Shown here: positions 1-9,781 of the stretch, in pieces
Layout: every line of letters starts with the position of its first letter
Position numbering within the stretch: the stretch's first letter is position 1
Assembly (NCBI RefSeq): GCF_000400465.1
Contig: NW_008806293.1
Location: forward strand, 2,601-34,600
DNA length: 32,000 nucleotides
DNA from: Wallemia ichthyophaga EXF-994
Taxonomy: Eukaryota; Fungi; Basidiomycota
Reading direction: 5' to 3'
Notes under the pieces: generated by a model
Told to the model about the DNA's origin: nothing
Database searches by the model: none
What the model saw: only the letters and a program-made list of their open reading frames with translations
Position numbers and translations under genes: made by a program

Positions 1-129
1 CCTGCCGCTCGCTTTCCGTTTACCGCCGCTGATCATGGCTGTTATCAACAAAGGAAAATACATGTAAATCTTGAAAATATGTAAATCATCATTTAGCACT
101 ACAGTGTGGACTAGAAGCCCTTAATTCAG

Positions 130-603
130 CTACTCTCGCGCTTGCTCTTGCTCGTGCTGTTGCTGCATCTGTATGAAAAACTTCACCTTCTCCACCGCGC
201 CCACATTCATACGAGTCTGAAGATTAGCCCACCTGAGATGCATATTGCTTGTAGAGTCACCGTGCAGCCGCTCCTTGTATTTCTCTATAGCGACAGCGAG
301 TGACTGGGGATGGTTGTGAATGTGCACGGCTGCGTGTTTGTCTAACAGCATACTGTCCTGGTCTTCAGGTCGGGCATGTCGAGTAAAATGCTGGTACGCT
401 TCTGCTCCAGCAGCTCGGAGTGCTTGTTGCGCTCCCACATTCACATTTTGACTCCCGCCTTGCGGTTTGGCGTTGATTTGCACATCTCGCTCGAACACTT
501 GGATGCGGTAGTCGGGGTGCTTGTGGAGGATATTCGCCAAACATATCCCCGCAATACCACCTCCGATTATTGCTACTCATCTCGGTTTGGTGAGATTTTT
601 CAT
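130..603 (-). pseudogene. Truncated or disrupted FAD-dependent monooxygenase (group A flavin monooxygenase, TetX-like N-terminus)
   Basis: Minus strand reads ATG(603) MKNLTKPR, then TGA (577-579), then in frame VAIIGGGIAGICLANILHKHPDYRIQVFERD...QGGS...GAQQALRAAG...ARPE. This is a GxGxxG dinucleotide-binding motif followed by VFERD. The frame stops at 130 after ~157 codons, far short of a ~400-aa enzyme. Confidence 0.6.
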
Positions 604-841
604 GGAAGTGAGATTTTTCAGTGATTTGAGATTTGAGATTTGCATCGGTGTTGGTGGTAAGTGGACCGGACTGTTCACAGCCTCGGCCCTTATTGAATCC
701 CGGCAGAATCAATCAAGAGGTTCACGCGCCAGATGAAACCATCCGTTGTGGGGTGTTAACGGGGTATAGGAATAGAGTAAGGAAAAAAAAGAAAAAGAAA
801 GACATTTGGATAAAATCATCTCTTGACACCAAACACACATC

Positions 842-2238
842 ATGGATGAGGATTATGACGTGGGTGGTGGATTGAGAAATAAATTAAAACTAAATAAACG
901 CAGGTAATTGTACTTGGGACTGGGTTAACAGAGTGTATTCTATCTGGGCTGCTCAGCGTAGATGGCCAGAAGGTATTGCATATTGACAGGAATGATTATT
1001 ATGGCGGTGAATCAGCCTCATTGAATCTCACTCAACTTTACAAGAAATTCAAGGACACGGCTCCACCTTCAGAACTCGGAAGAGACCGCGACTACGCAAT
1101 CGATTTGATCCCAAAGTTTATCCTTGCTTCTGGTGAACTGACAAAGATTTTGGTCCACACTGATGTCACTAGATACCTCGAATTCAAGCAGATTGCAGGC
1201 TCTTTTGTCCTCCGTGATAAGACCGTATCCAAAGTCCCTAGCACCGAATACGAAGCTGTCCGTTCGAGCTTGATGGGGTTATTCGAGAAGAGGCGCGCAA
1301 GAAATTTCTTCCTCTTTATCCAGAACTACCGCGACGATGATCCCAGCACTCACAGCGGCATCGACCTCGACTCTCACCCCATGCAGGCCGTGTATAACAA
1401 GTTCGGGCTTGAGGCAGGTACCCAAGACTTCATTGGCCATGCTATGGCTCTCTACCTCGACGATTCATACAAGCAGAAACCTGCACGTGAGACTTACGAG
1501 AGAATTCTCCTGTATACCTCCTCCATGGCGAGATACGGCAAATCACCTTATATCTATCCTCTCTACGGTCTCGGTGAGCTCCCACAGGCTTTTGCGCGTC
1601 TGTCGGCTATCTACGGCGGTACTTATATGCTCGATAAACCCATCGACGAGGTTGTTTTGGATGAAAACGGCAAATTTACAGGTGTTAGGTCGGGCGATGA
1701 GACAGTACGCGCGAAGAAGGTTATCGGTGATCCGTCCTACTTTATGAGTAGCACCGAGCAACCGCACCCGCGCGTCAAAGAAGTGGGCAAGGTCGTTAGA
1801 GCTATCTGTCTCCTCAAACACCCCATCCCAAACACGGACAACAGCGACTCGGCGCAGCTCATTATCCCACAGAACCAGGTGGGCAGAAAGAACGACATCT
1901 ACATTGCAGCTGTCTCCTCATCTCACAATGTATGCGCTAAGGATGTTTATGTGGCTATCGTGTCGACTGTGGTGGAGACATCCGCACCTGAAGCTGAACT
2001 TCTTTCAGCGTACAAATTACTGGGACCTATTCACGATAAATTCGTCAGCGTAAATCCACTCTATGAGCCAACTGGCAGCGGTGAAGAGGACAACATATTC
2101 ATTTCGCGCTCTTTCGATGCAACGTCTCACTTCGAGACCGTGGTGGATGACGTCAAGGATATCTGGAAGAGAGTTACGCAAAAGGATCTCATCCTCGAGA
2201 AGAAGACGGAGCCCGAGATCAATGAGAATCAATTATGA
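842..2238 (+). CDS. GDI1: Rab GDP-dissociation inhibitor; exons 842-859, 904-2238 (44-nt intron GTGGGT..CAG); 450 aa
   Basis: Spliced N-terminus MDEDYD|VIVLGTGLTECILSGLLSVDGQKVLHIDRNDYYGGESAS; SPYIYPLYGLGELPQAFARLSAIYGGTYML motif. Confidence 0.97.
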
Positions 2239-2295
2239 GCAAATGAACGACAATAGTAAATGAGTAAATGATTAATCAATGGATCTTACGTATCT

Positions 2296-3076
2296 TTAAT
2301 GTGGCTGTGGATGTGGTACAAAAGGTTCGCTGGTTGGGTCTAGGGGTTCTTCAGGACTGGTTATAGGAATAGCGTTTGAGGTGCTCGGAGGTGGTTTGAA
2401 GGTGTCGACATTAGAAATACCAGGCACACCAAACTCTTCCGGCTTTGGCAAGCTGAATGAGGAGTTTATCAGAGTATGGAGAGACTGCTGCTGTTGGAGT
2501 GGAGGAAGCCCGAACTGGTGGTTTGATTCGAGGCTATAAGGGGCGTTCGAAGGTCTTCTGTGCTGGGTGTTGGTTGATGGGTGAGCTGCAGGAGGCTGAG
2601 CAACAGGTCCACCTGCCAAGCCAATTCCATGAGAGAGAGAGGGAGTACGGGAGTGAGAATGGGACTGCGACTGGCGACGTGGCTGATGACGTGAGTAGAC
2701 TTGAGTAATAATCTGCTCGCTGTCTTGCTTGTTATAAGGCGATATTCTCAATTTGGCTTTGTCTTCTCTGTTTGTGACGAGTATCGCAGGTGGATGAGCA
2801 ACCACGTGCAGATAAGCTCGTTTAGCTGTTGAGCGTGGTTAGAGCGTCTTCAATTCCATCAAGTCAAATCCCACCGCTGACTGGATCCGTGAAAATAACC
2901 AGCGCTGTGGTATCATCAACCCACTTCAACCGAACATCTTCCCATTTATTGAAGCAGCTTTGAATATCTTTAGTCTTCAATTCACTTGGGAATCCTTGCA
3001 GCTCCAAGATCCTTGTAACTGATGCGTTGAATGGTGATAACGCTGTGCTTGTGCTTGTCCCCACGCTCACACTCAT
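2296..3076 (-). CDS. RRM-like (R3HCC1/Thc1-type) domain protein with Pro/Ser/His-rich tail; exons 3076-2875, 2825-2296 (49-nt intron)
   Basis: ILELQGFPSELKTKDIQSCFNKWEDVRLKWVDDTTALVIFTDPVS|AKRAYLHV. Intron GTGGGA..CTAAC..CAG joins two ORF-track frames. The family assignment is from recalled motif similarity. Confidence 0.7.
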
Positions 3077-3131
3077 CGACGTAAATGTCAAAGGTAATAT
3101 AAATTATTAATTTTACTTTCTTATTCAAATC

Positions 3132-4295
3132 CTAACTTATAGTCCTTTGTATATATTCAAAACTCCTCACGCTCCCTCTAAACCAATCAATAGCCTTCTT
3201 ATCGTCTTCTCTTTTCTCACGCGCTGGTGTTTCCTCAAGAGTAAGCTCCTCTATATTCAATCCGCTCCTCTCTATCAAATTCCTAAGCTTTGAGTAGTCT
3301 GCGTGTCTTGTTCGCAGTACTCGCAGTCCTCTACCGTTGGATACAAGTGCATCGAGGAATCCATCACCTTCTGCTACCACATCTGCCACCTCCAACCTAT
3401 TGAACATTTCCCTATTCATTCTAACCTCCTCCCTTCCAATTCTCAACTTTATCCGCCGCAGGGACGTGAGTGAGTGGTGGATTGTGATACTTTCCTCCAT
3501 ATCCACACTGTCATCCGTATATATCTCCATCTCTTCTAACGCTGGTGCGCGTAGAAATCTCAGTGCGCTACTGCTATTCACCAAGGTTAAAATTTTCAGC
3601 TGGGCCAATGAGATTGGTATGTTTAGAGTGAACGCAAGGTTCCCCACATACAGCGTTTCTAGATCTTTGCACTGTGAGATGGTGTACCCAGCCATCGTAT
3701 CCCTGCATTGTGTATTGAGGTGTAGATGTAAATGTCTCACTCCGTTGCTCAAATCTTGGTCGAAATGCGTCGACCACGGGAGTACATTGTGCAGCCTCAC
3801 CACATCCAGCTGATTCTTCTGTATTATGAGCGCGTGTGGCTTATTGTGGGTGTTCAGAGTGGCTGCCCACGCTTCGACGACTGTGCACTCCGGTGGAACG
3901 AAGAAAGGGCCATTAAAGGTTTCTGTGTAGTGCACTACCAGCTTATCCAGCTTTTGTGCGCCTATCAGAGTACGTATAGCTACTCCAGGTACTTGTGTAG
4001 CGCCTAGCAACAATTTCACCTCCTTAATCTTCTTCTTGTTGCGTGAGCGTATCAATTTTATAAACTCTGCAAATTCACTCCGCATACCTCCCTCACTCAG
4101 ATCTCGCTCGTATATTTCCACCCTCTGCCACAGCCGCGGTATCGATAGAATCATCGCCCGCCAATAGCTACATACTTGTGACGCACGCCGTGTTGCTCCC
4201 CAGTCGTCCCTATCGAAACACGCTTCGAGGACGCTCTCCCATAATTCCAAAGGCAGCTTGCGCCATGTGTTTGAATTGGAGTCTGCCACCGCCAT
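3132..4295 (-). CDS. F-box-like protein with LRR-like C-terminal region (~387 aa, intronless)
   Basis: WRKLPLELWESVLEACF...ASQVCSYWRAMILSIPRLWQRV is an F-box pattern. LxxLxL repeats follow. First ATG is at 4295; the track start at 4310 is GTG. Confidence 0.8.
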   Translation of the reverse strand: MAVADSNSNTWRKLPLELWESVLEACFDRDDWGATRRASQVCSYWRAMILSIPRLWQRVEIYERDLSEGGMRSEFAEFIKLIRSRNKKKIKEVKLLLGATQVPGVAIRTLIGAQKLDKLVVHYTETFNGPFFVPPECTVVEAWAATLNTHNKPHALIIQKNQLDVVRLHNVLPWSTHFDQDLSNGVRHLHLHLNTQCRDTMAGYTISQCKDLETLYVGNLAFTLNIPISLAQLKILTLVNSSSALRFLRAPALEEMEIYTDDSVDMEESITIHHSLTSLRRIKLRIGREEVRMNREMFNRLEVADVVAEGDGFLDALVSNGRGLRVLRTRHADYSKLRNLIERSGLNIEELTLEETPAREKREDDKKAIDWFRGSVRSFEYIQRTIS

Positions 4296-4327
4296 GACAG
4301 TACTCTTCACAACATTCTTTCATCTCA

Positions 4328-5191
4328 ATGGACAGCCTCATCGCCGGTGGTCTTAGCGGCGCTTTCGAGGGCTTTGTCACGTATCCCACTGAATTCGTCA
4401 AGACGCGTTCACAATTCCAGGCGGCGGGAGTAAAGCCATCGACGTCTTCACCGGTGGACATTATACGCTCAACCATCAAACTCCATGGAATAAGTGGGCT
4501 ATACAGCGGCTGTTCAGCGCTAGTAATTGGTAATGCGCTCAAAGCCGCCGTTCGATTCCTCAGCTACGACTCATTCAAGAAGAGCCTTCTCGACAAAGAC
4601 GGTAAATTGACAGCACCTAGATCCCTCCTTGCAGGTTTAGGTGCTGGTACCACTGAGGCTATCTTCGCCGTCACCCCCTCAGAGACTATCAAGACGAAGC
4701 TTATCGACGATGCCAAATCTGCTTCACCACGTTTCCGCGGTTTAGTACATGGCACTACCCTCATTATCAAAGAACATGGCCTTAGTGGACTTTATAGCGG
4801 CCTCACTCCCGTTATAATGCGCCAAGCGGCTAACTCCGCTGTAAGATTCACCACTTATTCCTCCCTAAAACAGTTCGTACAAGGTAACTCTAGACCAGGC
4901 CAGTCTCTCCCCCCTTCCATATCCTTTGCTATTGGCTCAGTTGCAGGCATCGTCACCGTCTACTCCACAATGCCGCTAGATGTGATTAAGACGCGCATGC
5001 AGGGCCTCGATGCACGCTCACAATATCGCAACTCGATCCACTGCGCTTATCGGATTTTCACGGAAGAAGGTCTTACTAGGTTCTGGAAAGGCACAACTCC
5101 TCGTCTCGCTAGACTGTCAATGTCGGGCGGTATCGTTTTTGCTAGCTATGAGCAGATTATGGGTGTGCTTGGTAAATTTAGAGATGCATAA
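4328..5191 (+). CDS. CTP1: Mitochondrial citrate/tricarboxylate carrier (SLC25A1), 287 aa
   Basis: Three carrier signatures (PTEFVKTR, PSETIKTK, PLDVIKTR); KAAVRF, RQAANSAVRF and PRLARL citrate-carrier motifs. A short upstream exon cannot be excluded. Confidence 0.9.
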   Translation: MDSLIAGGLSGAFEGFVTYPTEFVKTRSQFQAAGVKPSTSSPVDIIRSTIKLHGISGLYSGCSALVIGNALKAAVRFLSYDSFKKSLLDKDGKLTAPRSLLAGLGAGTTEAIFAVTPSETIKTKLIDDAKSASPRFRGLVHGTTLIIKEHGLSGLYSGLTPVIMRQAANSAVRFTTYSSLKQFVQGNSRPGQSLPPSISFAIGSVAGIVTVYSTMPLDVIKTRMQGLDARSQYRNSIHCAYRIFTEEGLTRFWKGTTPRLARLSMSGGIVFASYEQIMGVLGKFRDA

Positions 5192-5672
5192 ACTTAACTC
5201 TCAATGGTGAAAATTTGATAATTTGAGGAGAGAAAAATATAATTTGTATCATGCGATAAAACAAGACTAACGAACTATTTGATTTTATTTTATTTTCCTC
5301 TTCTTCCACTTATCCTTTGTGATATTTCTGGTATATCAAGCTTGAGCATCCAATTATCTAATTTTGTTATCTGTTATATGCGTAAATACTATTCAATAAG
5401 ATTGATAATTTTTTTTCTATTTTTCTACTTTTTCTCGCTGAAGACGATGAGTGAAAAGTTTTGAGCCGTGAGAACGAGTAAACGTGTAAACGAATAAAGT
5501 CAAGAGTCATTAGTGAAACAAGAAAATGCGCAATCAACCAGTACTATAAACGTTGCGAATGTTAAATTTTGAGGAACGCGAGGAACGCAAAGAACGCAAA
5601 TCAAGAAAGAAAAGAGAAAGCGAGAAAACTATTAAATTAATATCTACCATCTACCATCTACCATCTCTGCAT

Positions 5673-8039
5673 TCAATTCCATATATTCTTTATATCACGA
5701 TTGTGCTGCGCTGATGATGTGGGGTGTTGAGACGATGTAGAAAATGGTGATGTCGTGCGTTGCTGCTTGTGATACTGCTTGTTGAGATTACCGAGGTGAC
5801 CGAGTTGATCGAAATGATCGAAATGATCAAATTGATCTCTTATACCCATTCCACCCATCTCTGATGCAAGGAATCCATCGTAATTGATATGCTGTTGCTC
5901 CTTATGCGCTTGCGAGTAAGCCTGATAATGCTGCTGCTGCTGTTGTTGTTGTTGTTGTTGTTGTTGTTGATTGAGTTGCTGTTGGCTTTGGTGTATATGT
6001 TGCTGTTGAATATTTTGCTGCGTGTTCTGCTCCCTATTATGCTCTCTCGATTTGAAAAAGCTCTCCAAGGTATTCGCAGGCATAGCCTTGAGTGGCGGTG
6101 AAGGCATAGGGTTTGTTGGATTTGGTGATGTCAATGTAGTAAAGTTATCTTCAAATGATGCTGCAGTTGTTGGTGATTTGTACGACGCTGTCGATGCTGG
6201 TGTACCCGGAGACTCGGGTTTCATGAATGACTTGAACAAACTTCTCTCGCGCTCCATCACTGAGAAATCAGGAAAGTTGGCTTTATCAGAGGGCATGTAA
6301 AAGATAGGGTCGGTACGGTTAGCTGGGGGAGGAGCTGAATTAGTTACTGAAGCTGATGAAGGCGCTGATGCAGATGATCCTGCTCCCGCACCGCCTGCGA
6401 AATTAACTTGACCGAGTGGTGAGGGTTGCCTCTGAAACTGCTGTTTGTTCTCCTGTGGCTGGAAGACGTCGAGGTTGGGATTGTACAGCGAAGGTGTTTG
6501 CTGTGGGTGTGGGTGGTTGTTCGCCACCTGACCGGAAGCTGAAGGTGGTGCGGGAGTTGATGCTGGCGACTGCGAAGGGCTCTCACCCTGACCACGCATG
6601 CCTGAAGTAGCTGCAGCGAGGTGTTTGATAGCATTATGCACGCTCGTATTGGTCACTCCGGCATTACCGAGGTTCTGCAGGGCATTTGAGAGTTGCATTG
6701 CTTGCGATGGCGTCAGATTCGCCATTTGCCCCAAAGCCCCAATTCCTAATCCAAGCTGCGCAGCTTGAGCAGCAGCTTGAGCAGCTTTGTCGGCTGTGCA
6801 TAGATAATTAGTATCAAGTTCATATATCATTAAAACTCCCACACTCACATTGTGATCGTCCCCATGATAGTCGTATACGTCCTCCACCTATAGGGAAACC
6901 TTGCATACGTTCAATGGCGCGCTCAGCATCAGCTTTCCGAACGAATTGCACAAACCCACACCCCTTGCCTGGGGGTATTTTGACATAGGTGATAGCTCCG
7001 AATGGCGCGAAAAAGACTCTGAGAGTGTCTTCACTGATGAGAGAGGACAATCCGCCGACAAATACCGTAGTGTTGTGTGGGTCTGACGACGCATTAGCTA
7101 CAGCTGCATTAGCGATATGCGATGCAGTCGACGAGGGCAAGGACGAAGAAGTAGAGTTAAAGTTTGTGATTTTGTTGAGTTGGTCAGTGTGTTGTCTGTG
7201 TGTGTGCAGTGTGCGTCTCTCAGCCTCCTCATCGAGGGCTATCATTGAGTTTTCTGCGTTTAATGGGTATATGTGTGGAGTGGGGTGTAGTGGAAGGTGG
7301 GAATTTTGCTGGAGTTGCTGTGTATGCTGCTGCTGATGGGTTTTTATCTGCGTTGGTCATATTAGTAAAATGACGTAATCGATTGAATCCACACCACACC
7401 AACCTTAGGAGTCGCTGTGGATAGCCTGATGGGACGACCAGCGACGGGGATTCCCTGCATTTCATCCAAGGCACGCGCCATTTCGTCCTCATTAGAAAAG
7501 CGAACAAAGCCGAAACATCTTGAAGATCCGGTAGCATTGTCAGTCATAATTTTAACGTTGGTGCATGTAGTAAAAGGGTTTGAGAGGTTGGGCGGGTGCT
7601 GAAACGCGCGCATTAGATCGTGTTCTGTGGCATCAGGAGACAAATCGCCGACGAAGACAGAGAATTCGTTGAGTAGCCTGTCTGGGGAAGTGGAGGAGTT
7701 CGATACGCGAGTGAAAGGATTTGAGATTAGGTGGGGTGCATTGATAGCCCAGTCGCCCTTGAATGGTCTCGATGTACCAGGCATGGACACCTTGTTGACG
7801 GTTGCTAGCACCTCCAACGCCTTCTGGTGCGTGGGGAACGTTATGAAGCCGTGGCCTACGTTGTTTGTAGTCGTGTGCGACGATCGTACATACTTCACTG
7901 CCGTCTTCTCCGGCCAGCTTAGCAGCGCAGGCAGCAGCCTCACGTAGCTCTCCGTCATCACCTTATCCAAATCGATGTAGATCGTGCGGTGAACATCCGC
8001 GTCGTTGTCGTATTTCTCGTCGATGCTGCTCAGGTTCAT
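5673..8039 (-). CDS. NAM8/NGR1/Csx1-like triple-RRM RNA-binding protein with Q/N/H-rich C-terminus; exons 8039-7404, 7347-6849, 6793-5673
   Basis: RRM2 FSVFVGDLSPD..SRCFGFVRF..RPIRLSTATPK and RRM3 NTTVFVGGLSSLISEDTLRVFFAPFG..KGCGFVQF..RIRLSWGRSQ|SDKAAQ. Introns 7403-7348 (56 nt) and 6848-6794 (55 nt) join three ORF-track frames. Confidence 0.88.
5925..5972. repeat. (CAG/CAA)n microsatellite encoding polyglutamine in the NAM8/NGR1-like protein
   Basis: Plus strand tgctgctgctgctgttgttgttgttgttg...; the protein reads QQQLNQQQQQQQQQQQQQH. Confidence 0.9.
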
Positions 8040-8399
8040 TGGCCAATTACAGCAATTACAGCAATTCTACGATAAGTGTTTCGAAGCAAGAGCTAAGCGA
8101 GTTGAACGGAGTTTGCCAAGTGGCCCGAAATAGAATTCAAATTAGTTTCTAAACGGGGATTTAGCGTGGTTGTTTGGAGCAAACATTGTTGAGTGCACTC
8201 CCGCCTTTCCCAGTGGCAGCTGTCAGTATTGCGTCTAGGTCTGATTTATGCCGTTTTTTCAAATTCTGCAAATGAATTACCCTGTACAATACTCTGCGAT
8301 GTCTTCTATCGACGTATACCTTTTTTATCTTTCTATTTTCCCTCTTCATCGAGATGTCCACTCACGCCACACTCCACACTTGACTCCACAGCACCCCCA

Positions 8400-9735
8400 T
8401 CAATTAGACAGCGCGTGCATAATGTAAGTCCACGTAGCCAGGCTTATTGCGTTTGTTGGAAATGCCCTGACGAATACCTACCGGGTGTTTATTTAGCCGC
8501 ACGCGCCGCCAGGAACGCGTTCAAACTCACCGTGCTGTACCCTTTGAAGAAGCCGGGGATGCCTCCCGAGGCGTATATCTTCCTGGCCGTGTCGACGACG
8601 CCGTGCAGCTGTGGCTTGTGAAGATCGTCGAACATGAGCCGGCTACCATGTCAGCCTGGTTAGGGCAAGGTGGGTTTCGTGGTACTGCAACTTGGTGCGT
8701 CAGCGTCATCCAGCCCTATCACTTAAGGCACACCAACTTACCTCACTTCTTTATGTTGTCGAATGGTAATGCAGCAGTCCAGAAAAACGTCGCTGCCACC
8801 TGCATCATGTGATGTCAGTAGTGAGATCGGCTGTTTTTGCCATTGTGCCAATTAAGGTGACTCAGGTACGCACACCGCCAGAAATAAAAGATGCAGTCCC
8901 GAGACTGACGGGAGTATCAAGACGAGCGAACTGGCGCATGCAGAGCTGTTTTGGTTGTAAGTTTAGTGTTTGTTGGTGTTTATGACCATGTTTATGACCA
9001 TGTACCGGCCAAAGCGCAATCTCACCTCGAAACCAGAAAATAGAACCGCAAACTGCGATCTGAAGAGCAGAGTGGCTGTGTATCCTCTGTAGAGTCCCTT
9101 CACTCCGTAATGATGGTAAACCTCCCGCGCTATCGGCCACGGACCTGAATACTTGCGGTCGATCTTGTTGCGCTCGAGTTGGTTTTGCAGCCTCACCTTG
9201 ACGAGCTCGGCGGGATGTGCTACTACGCCGTTTGTCCATCCTGCGCCCATACCCGCGAGTGCTTGGCCTGTGAGTGTGAGTGTGAGTGTGAGCGTGAGCG
9301 TGAGCAACGATGGCATGCAGTGGCAAACGCCAACGCCAAACGCCAAAGGTAAAGGTACGCACCTGCATAAGTCAGTCTCCTCTTGTCGGGTGAGTCAGTA
9401 TCTGTGTCCGGTTGACGCTCAGTAAAAAACGCCAAGCGATTCTCAAGCAGGAGCAAGCGGTAATTATGCAGACTGCCCATGAGGAGCGCATCGGAGCATC
9501 CCCAGCTAATAGCAGGAGCGAGGCCGCCTTTGTAAAGCGCGAGTATCTTCTCTTTAGCTAGCGTCTTACGTAGGCAGTCAATAGGACCGCTGAATACACC
9601 CGGTGGCGAACACTGCAGACGTGTCTTGACAGTGTCGAAGGGGTGCCCGACAGCCATCTTGGTCAACCCTGATCCTACACCGGCCATGAAAGAACGCAGC
9701 TCCGATCCTTTATCCGTCGTGGCTGTGCTGCTCAT
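8400..9735 (-). CDS. Mitochondrial carrier (carnitine/basic amino-acid, YMC1-like subgroup), 309 aa; exons 9735-9363, 9267-9026, 8945-8874, 8799-8747, 8642-8531, 8477-8400
   Basis: Three signatures: GHPFDTVKTRLQ, AHPAELVKVRLQ and ALPFDNIKN|RLM (split by intron 4). C-terminal VFVRAFPTNAISL. The spliced length of 930 nt is 310 codons including the stop. Confidence 0.88.
8643..8746 (-). other. Candidate [D5,6] stwintron: internal intron 8741-8685 nested in the donor of external intron 8746-8643
   Basis: Minus strand: AAG AA|GTGAG[GTAAGT...GCTGAC...TTGCAG]TACC...CCCTAAC..GCTGACATGGTAG|C CGG. Removing the bracket gives donor GTGAGT and a 47-nt intron. Confidence 0.7.
9269..9306. repeat. Hexanucleotide (TGTGAG/CGTGAG)n microsatellite in intron 1 of the carrier gene
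   Basis: tgtgagtgtgagtgtgagtgtgagcgtgagcgtgagc is directly visible. Confidence 0.9.
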
Positions 9736-9781
9736 TACGTGTTTCGGCCTTGTGTTTTGTGATTTGCGTTGCGAGAAGACA

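Noticed and set aside
1-60. Possible start of another minus-strand gene (ATG at 36)
   Set aside because: Only 12 codons lie in the window; it cannot be supported.
577-579. A-to-I editing, selenocysteine or programmed readthrough of the TGA
   Set aside because: Stop-correcting A-to-I editing is known from Sordariomycete sexual stages and typically acts on UAG. The context is not the UGA-CUA readthrough motif, no SECIS is evident, and the frame is truncated downstream anyway.
5279-5464. 61-aa F/I/L-rich ORF on the plus strand
   Set aside because: AT-rich intergenic/UTR sequence with a non-ATG start and low-complexity translation; no motif.
8161-8621. ORF-track frames 8193-8621 (+) and 8161-8361 (-)
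   Set aside because: Shadow frames over the last exons and 3' region of the carrier gene; no recognisable protein features.
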